Assembly (NCBI GenBank): GCA_963708025.1
Contig: CAVPSB010000026.1
Coordinates: forward strand, 13,971 to 77,970
Reading direction: 5' to 3'
Length of the DNA: 64,000 bases
Origin: an uncultured Candidatus Rokubacteria bacterium
GTDB lineage: Bacteria; Methylomirabilota; Methylomirabilia; Rokubacteriales; DASRDR01
Part shown: positions 49,870-59,824 of the stretch, one piece after another
Layout: the number at the start of each line of letters is the position of its first letter
Position numbering within the stretch: position 1 is the first letter of the stretch
Program-made: the position numbers and the translations under genes
The notes under the pieces: model-generated
Database searches by the model: none
Told to the model about the DNA's origin: nothing
What the model saw: only the letters and a program-made list of their open reading frames with translations

Positions 49870-50709
49870 CTACAGGCCCTGCCAGTAGCGGCGTCCCTGC
49901 AGGCGCACGATCCGCCCGAAGCCGGGCGCCGGGAAGTGACCGGCGGCCACCAGGATCTCCTCCCGCTCCAGGCGCTCCACCAGGGCCCGCCGGGTCTGGC
50001 GGGTCAGCTCCGGGTCCATGTCGGCCCGGGACACCCAGTCGGGCTCGTGGAGCTGGGCCGGGCTGTGGGCCGCATCGCCCAGGACGAGGGCCCGCTCGCC
50101 CCGGGAGGTGACCAGGATACTCACGTGGCCCGGCGTGTGGCCGGGGGTCGGCACCGCGGTCAGCTCGCGCGTCAGGCCGTGCTCGCCGTGCATCAGCTCC
50201 ACCAGGCCGAGCGCCTCCAGCGGCCACACGCAGGTGGGGGCGTTGGCGAAGCGCTGCGGCTGGATCTCGGGCTGGTGGCACGCCTCCCAGTCCTTCGCGC
50301 TCATCCAGTAGCGCGCGTTCGGAAAGGTCGGGACCAGCTTCGCGCCCTGCGGGAGCAGGTTCCAGCCGACGTGGTCGCGGTGGAGATGCGTCATCACCAC
50401 CATGTCCACCTGGTCCGGGCGGACCCCGTTGGCCTCGAAGTCCTGCAGGAGCCGGCCCCAGGGAGCGTCGGGCGGGTCGGCCGGCCGCGGGCCGAGGCCG
50501 GTGTCGACGAGGACCGTCCGCCCGTCCGACCGGATCAGATAGGAGCCGAGGTTGAAGCGGATCTTGTGCTCGTCCGTGAGGAGGGACGCGTAGGGGCGCC
50601 AGTCGTCATCATGGATGGTCGGGAAGAAGTTGCACAGGTCGAACTCGAGCGCCCCGTCCGACAGCGCCATGATCTCCACGTCGCCGACCCGGATCACGTT
50701 GCTCGCCAT
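49870..50709 (-). CDS. MBL-fold metallo-hydrolase
   Basis: VDTG, THLHRDHVG, PGHTPGH, GD. Confidence 0.92.
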   Translation of the reverse strand: MASNVIRVGDVEIMALSDGALEFDLCNFFPTIHDDDWRPYASLLTDEHKIRFNLGSYLIRSDGRTVLVDTGLGPRPADPPDAPWGRLLQDFEANGVRPDQVDMVVMTHLHRDHVGWNLLPQGAKLVPTFPNARYWMSAKDWEACHQPEIQPQRFANAPTCVWPLEALGLVELMHGEHGLTRELTAVPTPGHTPGHVSILVTSRGERALVLGDAAHSPAQLHEPDWVSRADMDPELTRQTRRALVERLEREEILVAAGHFPAPGFGRIVRLQGRRYWQGL

Positions 50710-50729
50710 GTTGGCCTCCGAGGGCTGGG

Positions 50730-51788
50730 TCACGCGAACGCGAACGCGCGCGCCGGGTTCTCGACGAGCAGCCGCCGCAGCCCGGCGTCGTCCACACCCT
50801 TCGCCCGGAGCCGGGGGACGACGTTCACCAGCAGGTGGTGGTAGCCGTACCCCCCGTACTTCACGAGCGCGGTCTTGTAGGCGATGTCGTGGGACATGAG
50901 GACCTGGTCGCGGTGGCCGGCGTCGATCAGCGCCAGGACGTGGGCCATGCGGCCGCCGTCGTTCGGCATGTCGAAGCCCGGGTTGTACGGGTAGTAGGAG
51001 GTCTCCAGCCCGAACAGGTCGTACTCGAGCCAGATCCCGGTCTGGGCGAGGTCGATCACGACCCGGACGTCGGCGATGGTCCGGCAGATGTGGCACATGA
51101 TCGTGCGGCGGAGGTCGCCCCCCTCCTTCTGGACGAGCTCGGCGATCTCCATCGGCGCCCGCGGGTGACGGCCGGGGTGGATCATGAGCGGGGCGCCGGT
51201 CTCGCGCTGGGCGAGCACCGCCGCCCGCACGACCTTCTTCTCGTTGTCGGTCCACGGCCACGTGCACCCGATCTCGCCGATGAGGCCGGAGCGGACGCCG
51301 GTGGTCCCTACCCCGACGGTGACGTCGGCCACGATCTCGCGGACGAGCTCGTCCACGGTGCGGCGGTCCATGTCAGCCGGGTGGGAGGCCGCCACGTAGT
51401 AGCCGGCGCCCATGACGACGTTGAGCCCGGTCGCGCGGGCGATGCGGGCCAGGGCCAGCGGGTCGCGGGCGAGGCTCCGCGGCGTGGGGTCGACCACCGT
51501 CCGGCCCCCCGCGTGCTTGAAGAGCAGGATCTCGTCGCGGGCGACCTGCTCGTCGGTCAGCCGGAGGTTGTCGAGGTTGGCGTTGAAGTTCTGCCGCACC
51601 CAGCCGAGGTTGTCCAGGCTCACCGGTGCCCAGGCGCGGCCCTTGTCGCTGGCTGCGGCCGGCTCGGCGAACATGACGCCGAAGTCGATGAGGAGATGCT
51701 CGTGCGGGAGCGTGAGGCCGATGTCCTCGGCCGCGATGGCGCCGAGCACCGTCTGGACCTGGCCGGCTCGTGGTCGCGGCGCGGTCAC
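50730..51788 (-). CDS. Phosphotriesterase-related protein
   Basis: TLPHEHL, GEIG, IHPG, CH, SHD. Confidence 0.9.
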   Translation of the reverse strand: MTAPRPRAGQVQTVLGAIAAEDIGLTLPHEHLLIDFGVMFAEPAAASDKGRAWAPVSLDNLGWVRQNFNANLDNLRLTDEQVARDEILLFKHAGGRTVVDPTPRSLARDPLALARIARATGLNVVMGAGYYVAASHPADMDRRTVDELVREIVADVTVGVGTTGVRSGLIGEIGCTWPWTDNEKKVVRAAVLAQRETGAPLMIHPGRHPRAPMEIAELVQKEGGDLRRTIMCHICRTIADVRVVIDLAQTGIWLEYDLFGLETSYYPYNPGFDMPNDGGRMAHVLALIDAGHRDQVLMSHDIAYKTALVKYGGYGYHHLLVNVVPRLRAKGVDDAGLRRLLVENPARAFAFA

Positions 51789-52048
51789 GCCTGGCCCTCG
51801 ATCTGCCGCCGGGCGGCCGCGATCTCGTCCCGGACGGCCTCCGGGCCCCGGAACGCGCGATCGGCCCGCCGGTACCAGTACCGCGCGTTCTCGAGGTCGC
51901 CCTCGATCGTGTGCACGATCCCGTGGAGCCACGCCGCCAGCGGCGAGCGCTCATCCTGGACGATCTCGTGCGCCTGCTGCCAGGCGCCGGCCTCGAGCGC
52001 CTCGACGGCGCGGGTCAGGCTGCCGGTGGAGCGACGTGCGTCGGCCAT
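51785..52048 (-). CDS. Conserved small helical hypothetical protein
   Basis: WQQAHEIVQ..WLHG..H..EGD..NARYWY pattern; GAGG RBS. Confidence 0.7.
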   Translation of the reverse strand: MADARRSTGSLTRAVEALEAGAWQQAHEIVQDERSPLAAWLHGIVHTIEGDLENARYWYRRADRAFRGPEAVRDEIAAARRQIEGQA

Positions 52049-52091
52049 GCGTCCACCTCGTCGATGATCGGCGGCAAAGGATCCACGACCT

Positions 52092-53024
52092 CTACGTCGA
52101 AGTCACCGGGGCGCCGCCGGCGGCGTGAGGCTTCAGCGCCCCGAGGGCGACGCGGTGGAACGGCGTCTCGATCCCCGCCGCCTGCCCCAGCCGGCAGACG
52201 GCGCCCGAGAGCCACTCGACCTCGAGCCGCCGCCCCTGCTCGAGATCGACCGCCAGCGAGGCTCTCCAGGTCGCCGGCATGCCCTCGACGAACGCCAGGG
52301 TCCGCTGGACGTCCTCCTCGGTCAGACCGATCCCCTGGGCGTTGGCCACGGCCACCACCTCGCGCATGCCCTGCTCGGCCAGGCACCAGGTCTCCGCGTG
52401 CCGGCGGATCTCGGCGAGCGCCACCCGGGTCATGGCGCTGAGCGCGGCCATCGGGGCCAGCACCAGGAACTTGCGCCAGATCTCGAGCCCGATGTCCCGG
52501 CTCAGCACCGTCTCGATGCCGGCCGCGCTGGCCAGCGCCACGAAGCGCTCGAGCCGCCCGCTCGCGCTCCCGTCCAGCTCGCCCACGGTCAGGCGGTTCA
52601 GCGCGTTGTGCCGGATGACGCCCGGCGCCGTGATCTCGCCGTTGATCATGACCACGCCGCCCACCACGTGGGCCCGCCCGCAGACGCGGGCCACGATGTC
52701 CGGGGCATCGACGCCGTTCTGCACGCAGACGACGGCGGTCTCGGCGCCGAGCATCGGCGGGATCGCCCGGGCGGCGGCCTCGACGTCGTAGAGCTTCGTC
52801 CCCAGCAGCACGACGTCGACCTCGCCGACCGCCGCCGGATCGTCGGTCGCCGACGCCGGATCGACGTGGACGTCGCCGAGCGGGCTCCGGACCCGGAGGC
52901 CCCCCTCGCGGATCGCCGCCAGATGCCGGCCCCGCGCGAGGAAGGTGACCCCGGCGCCCGCCGCCGCCAGCCGGGCGCCGACGTAGCCGCCGATGGCCCC
53001 CGTCCCCATCACCGCGATCTTCAC
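52092..53024 (-). CDS. panE: Ketopantoate reductase family
   Basis: GTGAIGG, TK, QNG, WRK, SL..DL..GRRLE. Confidence 0.85.
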   Translation of the reverse strand: MKIAVMGTGAIGGYVGARLAAAGAGVTFLARGRHLAAIREGGLRVRSPLGDVHVDPASATDDPAAVGEVDVVLLGTKLYDVEAAARAIPPMLGAETAVVCVQNGVDAPDIVARVCGRAHVVGGVVMINGEITAPGVIRHNALNRLTVGELDGSASGRLERFVALASAAGIETVLSRDIGLEIWRKFLVLAPMAALSAMTRVALAEIRRHAETWCLAEQGMREVVAVANAQGIGLTEEDVQRTLAFVEGMPATWRASLAVDLEQGRRLEVEWLSGAVCRLGQAAGIETPFHRVALGALKPHAAGGAPVTST

Positions 53025-53199
53025 GATCTCGTTGCTCCTCGAGCGCGGGCGGCCTCCGACCGGCCGGGGCGCCGTTTCCACCACATCGTGCCAGGGAATG
53101 ATACTAGACCAATCACCTGCGCGCTGCTAGCGCGCGGTACAGTCTCCTCGGGCTCGGCGGTTGACGGTGATCCGACTAATGCTACAACATGAGGGCGGT

Positions 53200-53943
53200 A
53201 TGGCGCGGCTGGCGGGCAAGACGGCGATCGTGACGGGTGGCAACACCGGGATCGGCCGCGCCATCTCGGTGGCGTTCGCCGAGGAGGGCGCGGACGTCGC
53301 CGTCTTCTGGATCGACCGGGAGCCCGAGGCGCACGCCCTCGTGCAGACCGTCGAGTCGCTCGGGCGGCGCGCGCTGGCGGTCCGGGTGGACGTCAGCCGC
53401 GAGGTCGAGGTCCGCGCGGGCGTCCGGTCGGCGCTCGAGGCGCTGGGGCGGATCGACATCCTGGTCAACAACGCCGGCATCCAGAAGGCCCAGGCCATCG
53501 ACGAGACGAGCGTCGAGGACTGGGACCGCATGCTGGCGACCCACCTCCGCGGCGCGTTCCTCTGCAGCCGGGAGGTGATTCCCCACATGCGAGCTCGCGG
53601 AAGCGGGAAGATCATCAACATGGCCTCGCAGCTCGCCTACACGGGCCGGGCCCGCTACACCGCCTACTCGGCGGCCAAGGGCGGCGTGCTGGCGTTCACC
53701 CGGGCGCTGGCCCAGGAGCTGGCGCCGGCGATCCAGGTCAACGCGGTGGCGCCGGGCCTCGTTGACACCGGCTTCGACCCGCTGCCGGAGAGCCGCAAGC
53801 GGGAGATCGCCGCCGGGCTGCCGCTCCAGCGCCTCGGGCGCCCCGACGACGTGGCGCCGGTCTTCGTGTTCCTGGCCTCCGACGAGGCGCGCTACTTCTG
53901 CGGTCAGACGCTGGGCCCCAATGGGGGAGAGGTCATGCCATGA
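53200..53943 (+). CDS. SDR family oxidoreductase
   Basis: TGGNTGIG, NNAG, YSAAK. Confidence 0.92.
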   Translation: MARLAGKTAIVTGGNTGIGRAISVAFAEEGADVAVFWIDREPEAHALVQTVESLGRRALAVRVDVSREVEVRAGVRSALEALGRIDILVNNAGIQKAQAIDETSVEDWDRMLATHLRGAFLCSREVIPHMRARGSGKIINMASQLAYTGRARYTAYSAAKGGVLAFTRALAQELAPAIQVNAVAPGLVDTGFDPLPESRKREIAAGLPLQRLGRPDDVAPVFVFLASDEARYFCGQTLGPNGGEVMP

Positions 53944-54992
53944 GGGGCGTCGTGTTCCTCGGCGAGCGGGAGCTGGAGCTGCGCGAGTTCCCCGACCCGA
54001 CCCCGGGCCCCGGCGAGGTCGTGATCGCCATCCGGGCGTCGGGGATGTGCGGGAGCGACCTCCACGCGTACCGCGTCTCCCGCAGCGGCAACGCCGCGGC
54101 GAGCCTCGGCCTCGGCGGCCAGGCCGGCCCGGTGATCGCCGGCCACGAGCCGTGTGGCGTCGTCGCCGCGCGCGGCGCCGGGGTGCCCGAGGCCGCCGCC
54201 CCCACCGGCGCCCGGGTGATGAACCACCACTACAAGGGGTGCGGCTACTGCAACCACTGCCGGCTCGGCTGGTCCCAGCTCTGTCGCCAGGGCATCGTCG
54301 TCTACGGCGTGACCGGCCACGGCGGCCACGCCCCCTTCATGCTGGCGCCGGCGAGCACGCTGGTGCCGCTCCCCGACGAGCTGACCTTCGAGGAGGGAGC
54401 GGCGATCTCCTGCGGCACCGGCACGGCGTACCAGGCGCTGAAGCGCCTGGACGTGTCGGGGCGGGACACCCTCGCGGTCTTCGGTCAGGGCCCGGTGGGA
54501 CTGTCGGCCACGCTCCTCGGGGTCGCGATGGGGGCGCGGGTCGTCGCGCTCGACGTCATCGCCGAGCGGCGCCGGCTGGCCAGGGAGTTCGGGGCGGAGG
54601 CGGCGCTGGACCCGCGGGAGGCGGATCCCGTCGCCACCCTGCGCGAGCTGACCCGGGGCGAGGGGGTGGACGCCGCGCTCGACTGCACCGGCCACCCGGA
54701 GGCGCGAGTGGCGGCGGTGCGGAGTGCCCGGACGTGGGGGCGCGTCTGCTTCGTGGGCGAGGGCGGGACCGCGACGTTCGACGTGAGCCCGGACCTCCTG
54801 CGGCGACAGCTCACGCTCCACGCGTCATGGACCTTCAGCACGGTCGGCCAGGCCGAGTGCGCCCGGTTCATCGTGGACCGGAAGGTCCCGCTCGGCCGGC
54901 TGATCACGCACCGCTTCCGGCTCGAGCAGGCCGCCGAGGCCTACCGGCTCTTCGACACCCAGACGACGGGGAAGGGCGCGTTTGTCGCCTAG
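53940..54992 (+). CDS. Zn-dependent alcohol dehydrogenase (MDR)
   Basis: CGSDLH, GHE, CxxCxxC..C, GQGPVG. Confidence 0.92.
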   Translation: MRGVVFLGERELELREFPDPTPGPGEVVIAIRASGMCGSDLHAYRVSRSGNAAASLGLGGQAGPVIAGHEPCGVVAARGAGVPEAAAPTGARVMNHHYKGCGYCNHCRLGWSQLCRQGIVVYGVTGHGGHAPFMLAPASTLVPLPDELTFEEGAAISCGTGTAYQALKRLDVSGRDTLAVFGQGPVGLSATLLGVAMGARVVALDVIAERRRLAREFGAEAALDPREADPVATLRELTRGEGVDAALDCTGHPEARVAAVRSARTWGRVCFVGEGGTATFDVSPDLLRRQLTLHASWTFSTVGQAECARFIVDRKVPLGRLITHRFRLEQAAEAYRLFDTQTTGKGAFVA

Positions 54993-55674
54993 CGGCCCGA
55001 CCGGGCGAATCGTCGATCTGTCGCTCCCCATCCGGCCCCACGTCCGGTGGACGACCGAGGTCACCCTCGTCTCGAGCTTCGAGGACCCGCACCACCCCTT
55101 CCGGTCGAGCCGGCTGGCGATGCCGGGGCACGGCTTCACCCACTGCGACGGCTTCAGCCACTTCGTCCCGGGCGGCGTCACGGTGGACGCGATGCCGCTC
55201 ACGACGTGGATCGGCGAGGCGGCCGTGGTGGACCTGACCCACGTCGGCGCCAACACGGGGATCGAGGCGGCGGACCTGGAGGCCCGCGGCCCGCACGTCC
55301 GCGCCGGCGACATCGCGCTGCTCCGGACCGACTGGCCCCGGCGGCGCTCGTGGGAGACGCGCGAGTTCTGGACGGAGGCGCCCTGGACGACCGCCGAGGC
55401 GTGCCGGTGGCTGGTGGCCCGGGGCGTGAAGGCGGTCGGGTACGACTATCCGCCCGACTTCCCGATCCGCCACCTGGTGACCGGCGAGCGCCGCCCGGTG
55501 GCGTCCGAGGAGTGGGCGACCCACCACACCTTCTTTCCGGCCGGCGTGGGGGTGATCGAGTACCTGACGAACCTCGACCAGCTCGGCCGGGACCGCGTGC
55601 GCTTCGTGGCGCTGCCGATCCGGCTGGAAGGCGGCGACGGCGCCCCGGCCCGGGCCATTGCGATCCTCGATTGA
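54982..55674 (+). CDS. Cyclase (kynurenine formamidase-like) family hydrolase
   Basis: VDLS, HGFTHCD..H, IEYLTNL, GDGAPARAIA. Confidence 0.88.
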   Translation: MSPSGPTGRIVDLSLPIRPHVRWTTEVTLVSSFEDPHHPFRSSRLAMPGHGFTHCDGFSHFVPGGVTVDAMPLTTWIGEAAVVDLTHVGANTGIEAADLEARGPHVRAGDIALLRTDWPRRRSWETREFWTEAPWTTAEACRWLVARGVKAVGYDYPPDFPIRHLVTGERRPVASEEWATHHTFFPAGVGVIEYLTNLDQLGRDRVRFVALPIRLEGGDGAPARAIAILD

Positions 55675-55690
55675 CGAAGGAGGCAGCCCG

Positions 55691-56065
55691 ATGAACCCCA
55701 TCACGCCGCACCTCGACCACGCGCAGCGCCAGGCCCGGCGCCAGCACCTCGACGGGCTGATCGGCGAGTCCCCGATGCGGGTCCCGGGCGCCATGAAGGC
55801 GCTGGGCCGCGAGATCTTCGCCGGGGGCGCGGTCCCCAAGAAGCACAAGGAGCTGACCGCGCTGGCCATCGCCGTCGCCAACAGCTGCTGGGAATGAACG
55901 GAGCACCGCGTGGAGGAGGTCTTCCTCCAGGGTGCCACCGACGCCGAGTTCGCCGAGACGCTCGACATCGCGCTCTACATGGGCGGCAGCCTGTCGCTCA
56001 AGATGGTGCGCTACGCGTTCCAGCTCCGGGAGGAGCTTCGCGGGGGGACGAGGGCGCCGCGCTGA
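55691..56065 (+). CDS. CMD/AhpD-like selenoprotein (CxxU; TGA at 55895-55897 read as Sec)
   Basis: KHKELTALAIAVANSCWE-TGA-TEHRVEEVFLQGATDAEFAETLDIALYMGG continues in frame as a CMD fold; AAGGAGG RBS; SECIS downstream. Confidence 0.85.
55903..55935 (+). promoter_or_regulatory. Bacterial SECIS element
   Basis: GCACC/GGTGC lower stem, TGGAGGA/TCCTCCA upper stem, GGTCT loop 21 nt after the UGA. Confidence 0.8.
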
Positions 56066-56147
56066 TCGCCGGCCGCCGCTTGCGCGACCCCGCGTCGCGA
56101 CCGTAAGATGAGCAGGCTTTCCCGAATCCACACCACCAGGGAGTGAC

Positions 56148-57194
56148 ATGCCGGACATCGCCGAGACCACGCTGAAGGTGGGCGAAGGCATCGACAAGCT
56201 CTGCTCGATCGAGATCACCGGCCGCGGCGTCATCGGCGCCCTGTACGCCGCCGCCCGCACCCGCCAGGGCCGCCCGCTGTGCCTGCTGGCCGCGGAGCGA
56301 CTGGTCGAGCGGGTCGGGCAGGGGGACGCGGTCTTCATCGCCACCGGCCTCCCGTGCTTCCCCTGGTTCAGCGGCGAGCAGGACGGGCCGGTGGGGGCGG
56401 CGACGCTGTCGCGGGCCCTCCTGATGGGGCTGGCCGCCCGGCCGATGGTCGTGACCGAGCCGAACCACGTCGAGATGTGCCGGGCCGCCCTGCGGGGGGC
56501 CGGGCTCTACGCCCGCGGCGTGGACGACGCGCTCCGGCTGCCGACCACCTCCGCCGTCGTCCCGTTCACGACGCGGTGGGAGGACGCCCCGCGCGAGGCG
56601 GAGGCGCTGCTCGACCGGGTCCGGCCCAAGGCGCTGATCGCGATCGAGCGGCCCGGGGCCAACGAGCACGGGCGCTACCACGCGGCCAAGGGGTTCGACT
56701 TCACGGAGCACTGCGCCAAGGTCAACGTCCTGTTCGACCAGGCCAAGGCGCGCGGCATCCTGACCATCGGGATCGGCGACGGCGGCAACGAGCTGGGGTG
56801 CGCGCTCATCCGGGACACGGTGGTCCAGGAGGTGCCGTACGGGGGCAAGTGCCAGTGCCCGTGCGCCGGCACGGTGGTCCCCCGCTTCGCGCCGGACGTC
56901 CTGGTCATGGCGGCCATCTCGAACTGGGGCGCCTACGGGATCGCGGCGGCCCTGGCCGTGCTCCTCGGCCGCGCGGAGGTGATGCACTCGCGCGAGGTCA
57001 ACCGGCGGGCCCACGAGCTGTGCGCGGCGGCCGAGGCCAACAACGATGGGCCGGGGCTGCTCGACCCGGGGACCGACGCGGTGCCGGCCCATCTCCACGG
57101 CAACTTCGTCGAGCTGCTCGGCCACATGGTGCAGAGCGGGCTCGATTTCGGGCGACTCTACAAGGAGCCGCGCTACCCGTGGCTCCACATCTGA
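56148..57194 (+). CDS. DUF4392 / D-glutamate cyclase-like protein
   Basis: TG.P, EQDGPVGA, IAIERPG, IGIGDGGNELG, ISNWGAY. Confidence 0.85.
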   Translation: MPDIAETTLKVGEGIDKLCSIEITGRGVIGALYAAARTRQGRPLCLLAAERLVERVGQGDAVFIATGLPCFPWFSGEQDGPVGAATLSRALLMGLAARPMVVTEPNHVEMCRAALRGAGLYARGVDDALRLPTTSAVVPFTTRWEDAPREAEALLDRVRPKALIAIERPGANEHGRYHAAKGFDFTEHCAKVNVLFDQAKARGILTIGIGDGGNELGCALIRDTVVQEVPYGGKCQCPCAGTVVPRFAPDVLVMAAISNWGAYGIAAALAVLLGRAEVMHSREVNRRAHELCAAAEANNDGPGLLDPGTDAVPAHLHGNFVELLGHMVQSGLDFGRLYKEPRYPWLHI

Positions 57195-58231
57195 CGACGC
57201 CCGAGGACCTGCGGGCCCGCATCGCGAAGGTGCCCCGGGTCCGCCTGGCGTTCCTGCCGACACCCCTCCAGCGCTGCGAGCACCTCTCGGCCGATCTCGG
57301 CGTCGAGCTGTGGGTGAAGCGCGACGACCTGACCGGCCTCGCCTTCGGCGGCAACAAGACGCGGAACCTCGAGTTCCGGATGGCCGAGGCGCTCGAGGCC
57401 GGCGCCGACGTCCTGGTGTTCGGCGTCGAGATCACCTCCAACTCGGCCCGCCAGACCGCGGCCGCCGCCAACGCCCTCGGCCTCCCGCTGGTCCTCGTGC
57501 TGCGCGGGGAGCCGGAGGGCGAGCCCCAGGGCAACCTCCTGGTCAACCTGCTGCTCGGGGCCGAGGTGCGGCTCACCGACGTGCCGAGCTTCAACCACCT
57601 CGGCCCCGTGCTGGAGCGCGTGGCAGCCGAGCTGCGGTCGCAGGGCCGGCACCCGTTCATCCTCAACCACGCGGCCATGTTCGCGCGGGCCTCGGCGCTC
57701 GGCTACATCGAGAGCCTGCTGGAGATCCTCGACCAGCTCGGCCGGCCGCCCGACTGGCTCTTCCTCTGCTCGGGGGGCAAGGCCCAGGCCGGCCTCGCCC
57801 TCGCCCGGAAGGCCCTCGGCCTCCCGACCCGCGTCGTCGGTGTCGCGGCCACCCGCAACGACGACCCGTGGGAATCGACCGCCCGCATCGCCAACGAGAC
57901 CGCCGAGCTCCTCGGCCTCGACGTCCGGGTCGAGCCAGGCGAGGTCGAGAACAGCTTCGACTACATCGGCGAGGGCTACGGCATCCCGACCGAGGGCGGG
58001 CTCGACGCCATCGTGCGCTTCGCGCGCCGCGAGGGCATCCTGCTCGACCCGGTCTACAGCGGGAAGGCCGCCGCCGGCTGCCTGGATCGCATCGGCCGGG
58101 GCGACGTCGCCCCCGGCGCCACCGTCGTCTTCATCCACACCGGCGGCCAGCCGGCCCTGTTCAGCCAGGGCCGCGCGCTGGTCGAGCACCTGCGCCGCCA
58201 GCCCGGCGCGGCGGAGATCGGGAGGGCCTGA
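57179..58231 (+). CDS. D-cysteine desulfhydrase / ACC deaminase family PLP enzyme
   Basis: PTPL, KRDDLTG..GGNKTR, QGN, LLDPVYSGK, FIHTGG; GTG after AAGGAG. Confidence 0.88.
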   Translation: MAPHLTTPEDLRARIAKVPRVRLAFLPTPLQRCEHLSADLGVELWVKRDDLTGLAFGGNKTRNLEFRMAEALEAGADVLVFGVEITSNSARQTAAAANALGLPLVLVLRGEPEGEPQGNLLVNLLLGAEVRLTDVPSFNHLGPVLERVAAELRSQGRHPFILNHAAMFARASALGYIESLLEILDQLGRPPDWLFLCSGGKAQAGLALARKALGLPTRVVGVAATRNDDPWESTARIANETAELLGLDVRVEPGEVENSFDYIGEGYGIPTEGGLDAIVRFARREGILLDPVYSGKAAAGCLDRIGRGDVAPGATVVFIHTGGQPALFSQGRALVEHLRRQPGAAEIGRA

Positions 58232-58234
58232 GTC

Positions 58235-59824
58235 ATGCGGAGAGCCCGGACGTCCATCGCCCTCGTCGCGCTCGCGGCCGGCCTCCTGGCCCCGGTCGTC
58301 GCCTCGGCCCAGGCCGAGCGCACCCTGACCTACGCCCAGAACGTGGCCATCAACGCGATGGACACCGCCGGCGCCACCATCGGCACGGTCTACCCGGCCG
58401 GCTACGAGGCGATGTTCCTGATCTACGACGGCCTCGTCCGCTTCAACGAGAAGATGCAGATCGAGCCCCAGCTCGCGACCGAGTGGTCGACCTCGGCCGA
58501 CGGGCTCACCTGGACCTTCAAGCTCCGCCGCGGCGTGAGCTTCCAGGACGGCACGCCGGTCAACGCCGACGCGGTCGTCTTCCACATCGAGCGGCAGATC
58601 GACCCCAAGGGCAACGCGTCGAACCGGCCGCTCTGGGATCCGATCGCGTCGGTCAAGAAGCTCGACGACGCCACCGTCGCCATCACCACCCACCGGCCGT
58701 ACGGCGCGCTGCTCAACACGCTGGCCCACGGGAGCGGCGGGGTGGTGAGCCCGGAGGCGGTCAAGAAGCACGGCGCCAACTTCAAGCTGAACCCGGTCGG
58801 CGCCGGGCCTTACATGCTGGAGAAGCTCGACGTCGGGAGCGAGCTCGTCCTCAAGCGCTTCGACGGCTACTGGGGCGGGAAGGCCGCGTTCGCCCGGATC
58901 TCGCTGCGCCACGTCCCGGACCCCGCCACGCGGCTCGCCATGCTGCAGAGCGGGCAGGCCGACGTGATCAACATGGTGCCGGTGGAGAGCGTGGGGCAGA
59001 TCCAGAGCCTGCCGGCGGTGGAGGTGATCGCCAAGCCGGCCCTCCGGACCTTCGGCTACGGGTTCAACCTGAACCGCAAGATGTTCCAGGACGTCCGGGT
59101 CCGGCACGCGCTGAACCACGCCATCGACCGCGCCGCCATCATCAAGGCGGTCTTCCGCGGCTACGCCACGCCGATCGACTCGCCGCTCTCGCCGTTCACC
59201 ACCGGGTACGCGGCGGTCGGCACCTACGACTACAGCCCCGAGAAGGCCAGGCAGCTCCTGGCCGAGGCCGGCTGGAAGCCCGGCGCCGACGGCGTCCTCC
59301 GGAAGGACGGCGAGGCCTTCGAGGTCTCGCTGCTGACCCCGGGCGGGATGCTGCCGAAGGACGTCGAGGTGACCCAGGCCGTGCAGAGCTTCCTCGGCAA
59401 GGTGGGGGTGAAGGCGACCATCAACAAGGTCGAGCCGGCCGCCTTCTGGGACTTCCTCCGGGTGCCGCCGGACAAGCTCGCCTGGGACATGGTCCTCTTC
59501 GGCTTCAACCCGTCGAACGGCGACGGCGGCTACCACCTGAGCTCGCTCTTCGCCTCGAACCCGAGCCGGACCGAGCGCCCCAAGGTCTGGAACTTCACCT
59601 GGTACACGAACCCGCGCGTGGACAGCCTGCTGGCCGAGGCCGACCAGACCGTCAACGCCGCCAAGCGCAAGGCGATGCTGGTCGAGGCGGCCAAGCTGGC
59701 CTGGACCGACGCCCCGTACCTCTGGCTCTACGCCGAGAACGTGGTCGTGGCCAAGAAGAAGGACCTCAAGGGCGTCGAGGTGCAGCCGGTCATCTTCACG
59801 ATCCTGCGCAACGCCCGGCCCTGA
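58235..59824 (+). CDS. ABC transporter substrate-binding protein, family 5 (peptide/nickel type)
   Basis: Signal peptide; WTFKLR.GV.F.DG, PVGAGPY, VR.ALNHAIDR. Confidence 0.92.
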   Translation: MRRARTSIALVALAAGLLAPVVASAQAERTLTYAQNVAINAMDTAGATIGTVYPAGYEAMFLIYDGLVRFNEKMQIEPQLATEWSTSADGLTWTFKLRRGVSFQDGTPVNADAVVFHIERQIDPKGNASNRPLWDPIASVKKLDDATVAITTHRPYGALLNTLAHGSGGVVSPEAVKKHGANFKLNPVGAGPYMLEKLDVGSELVLKRFDGYWGGKAAFARISLRHVPDPATRLAMLQSGQADVINMVPVESVGQIQSLPAVEVIAKPALRTFGYGFNLNRKMFQDVRVRHALNHAIDRAAIIKAVFRGYATPIDSPLSPFTTGYAAVGTYDYSPEKARQLLAEAGWKPGADGVLRKDGEAFEVSLLTPGGMLPKDVEVTQAVQSFLGKVGVKATINKVEPAAFWDFLRVPPDKLAWDMVLFGFNPSNGDGGYHLSSLFASNPSRTERPKVWNFTWYTNPRVDSLLAEADQTVNAAKRKAMLVEAAKLAWTDAPYLWLYAENVVVAKKKDLKGVEVQPVIFTILRNARP

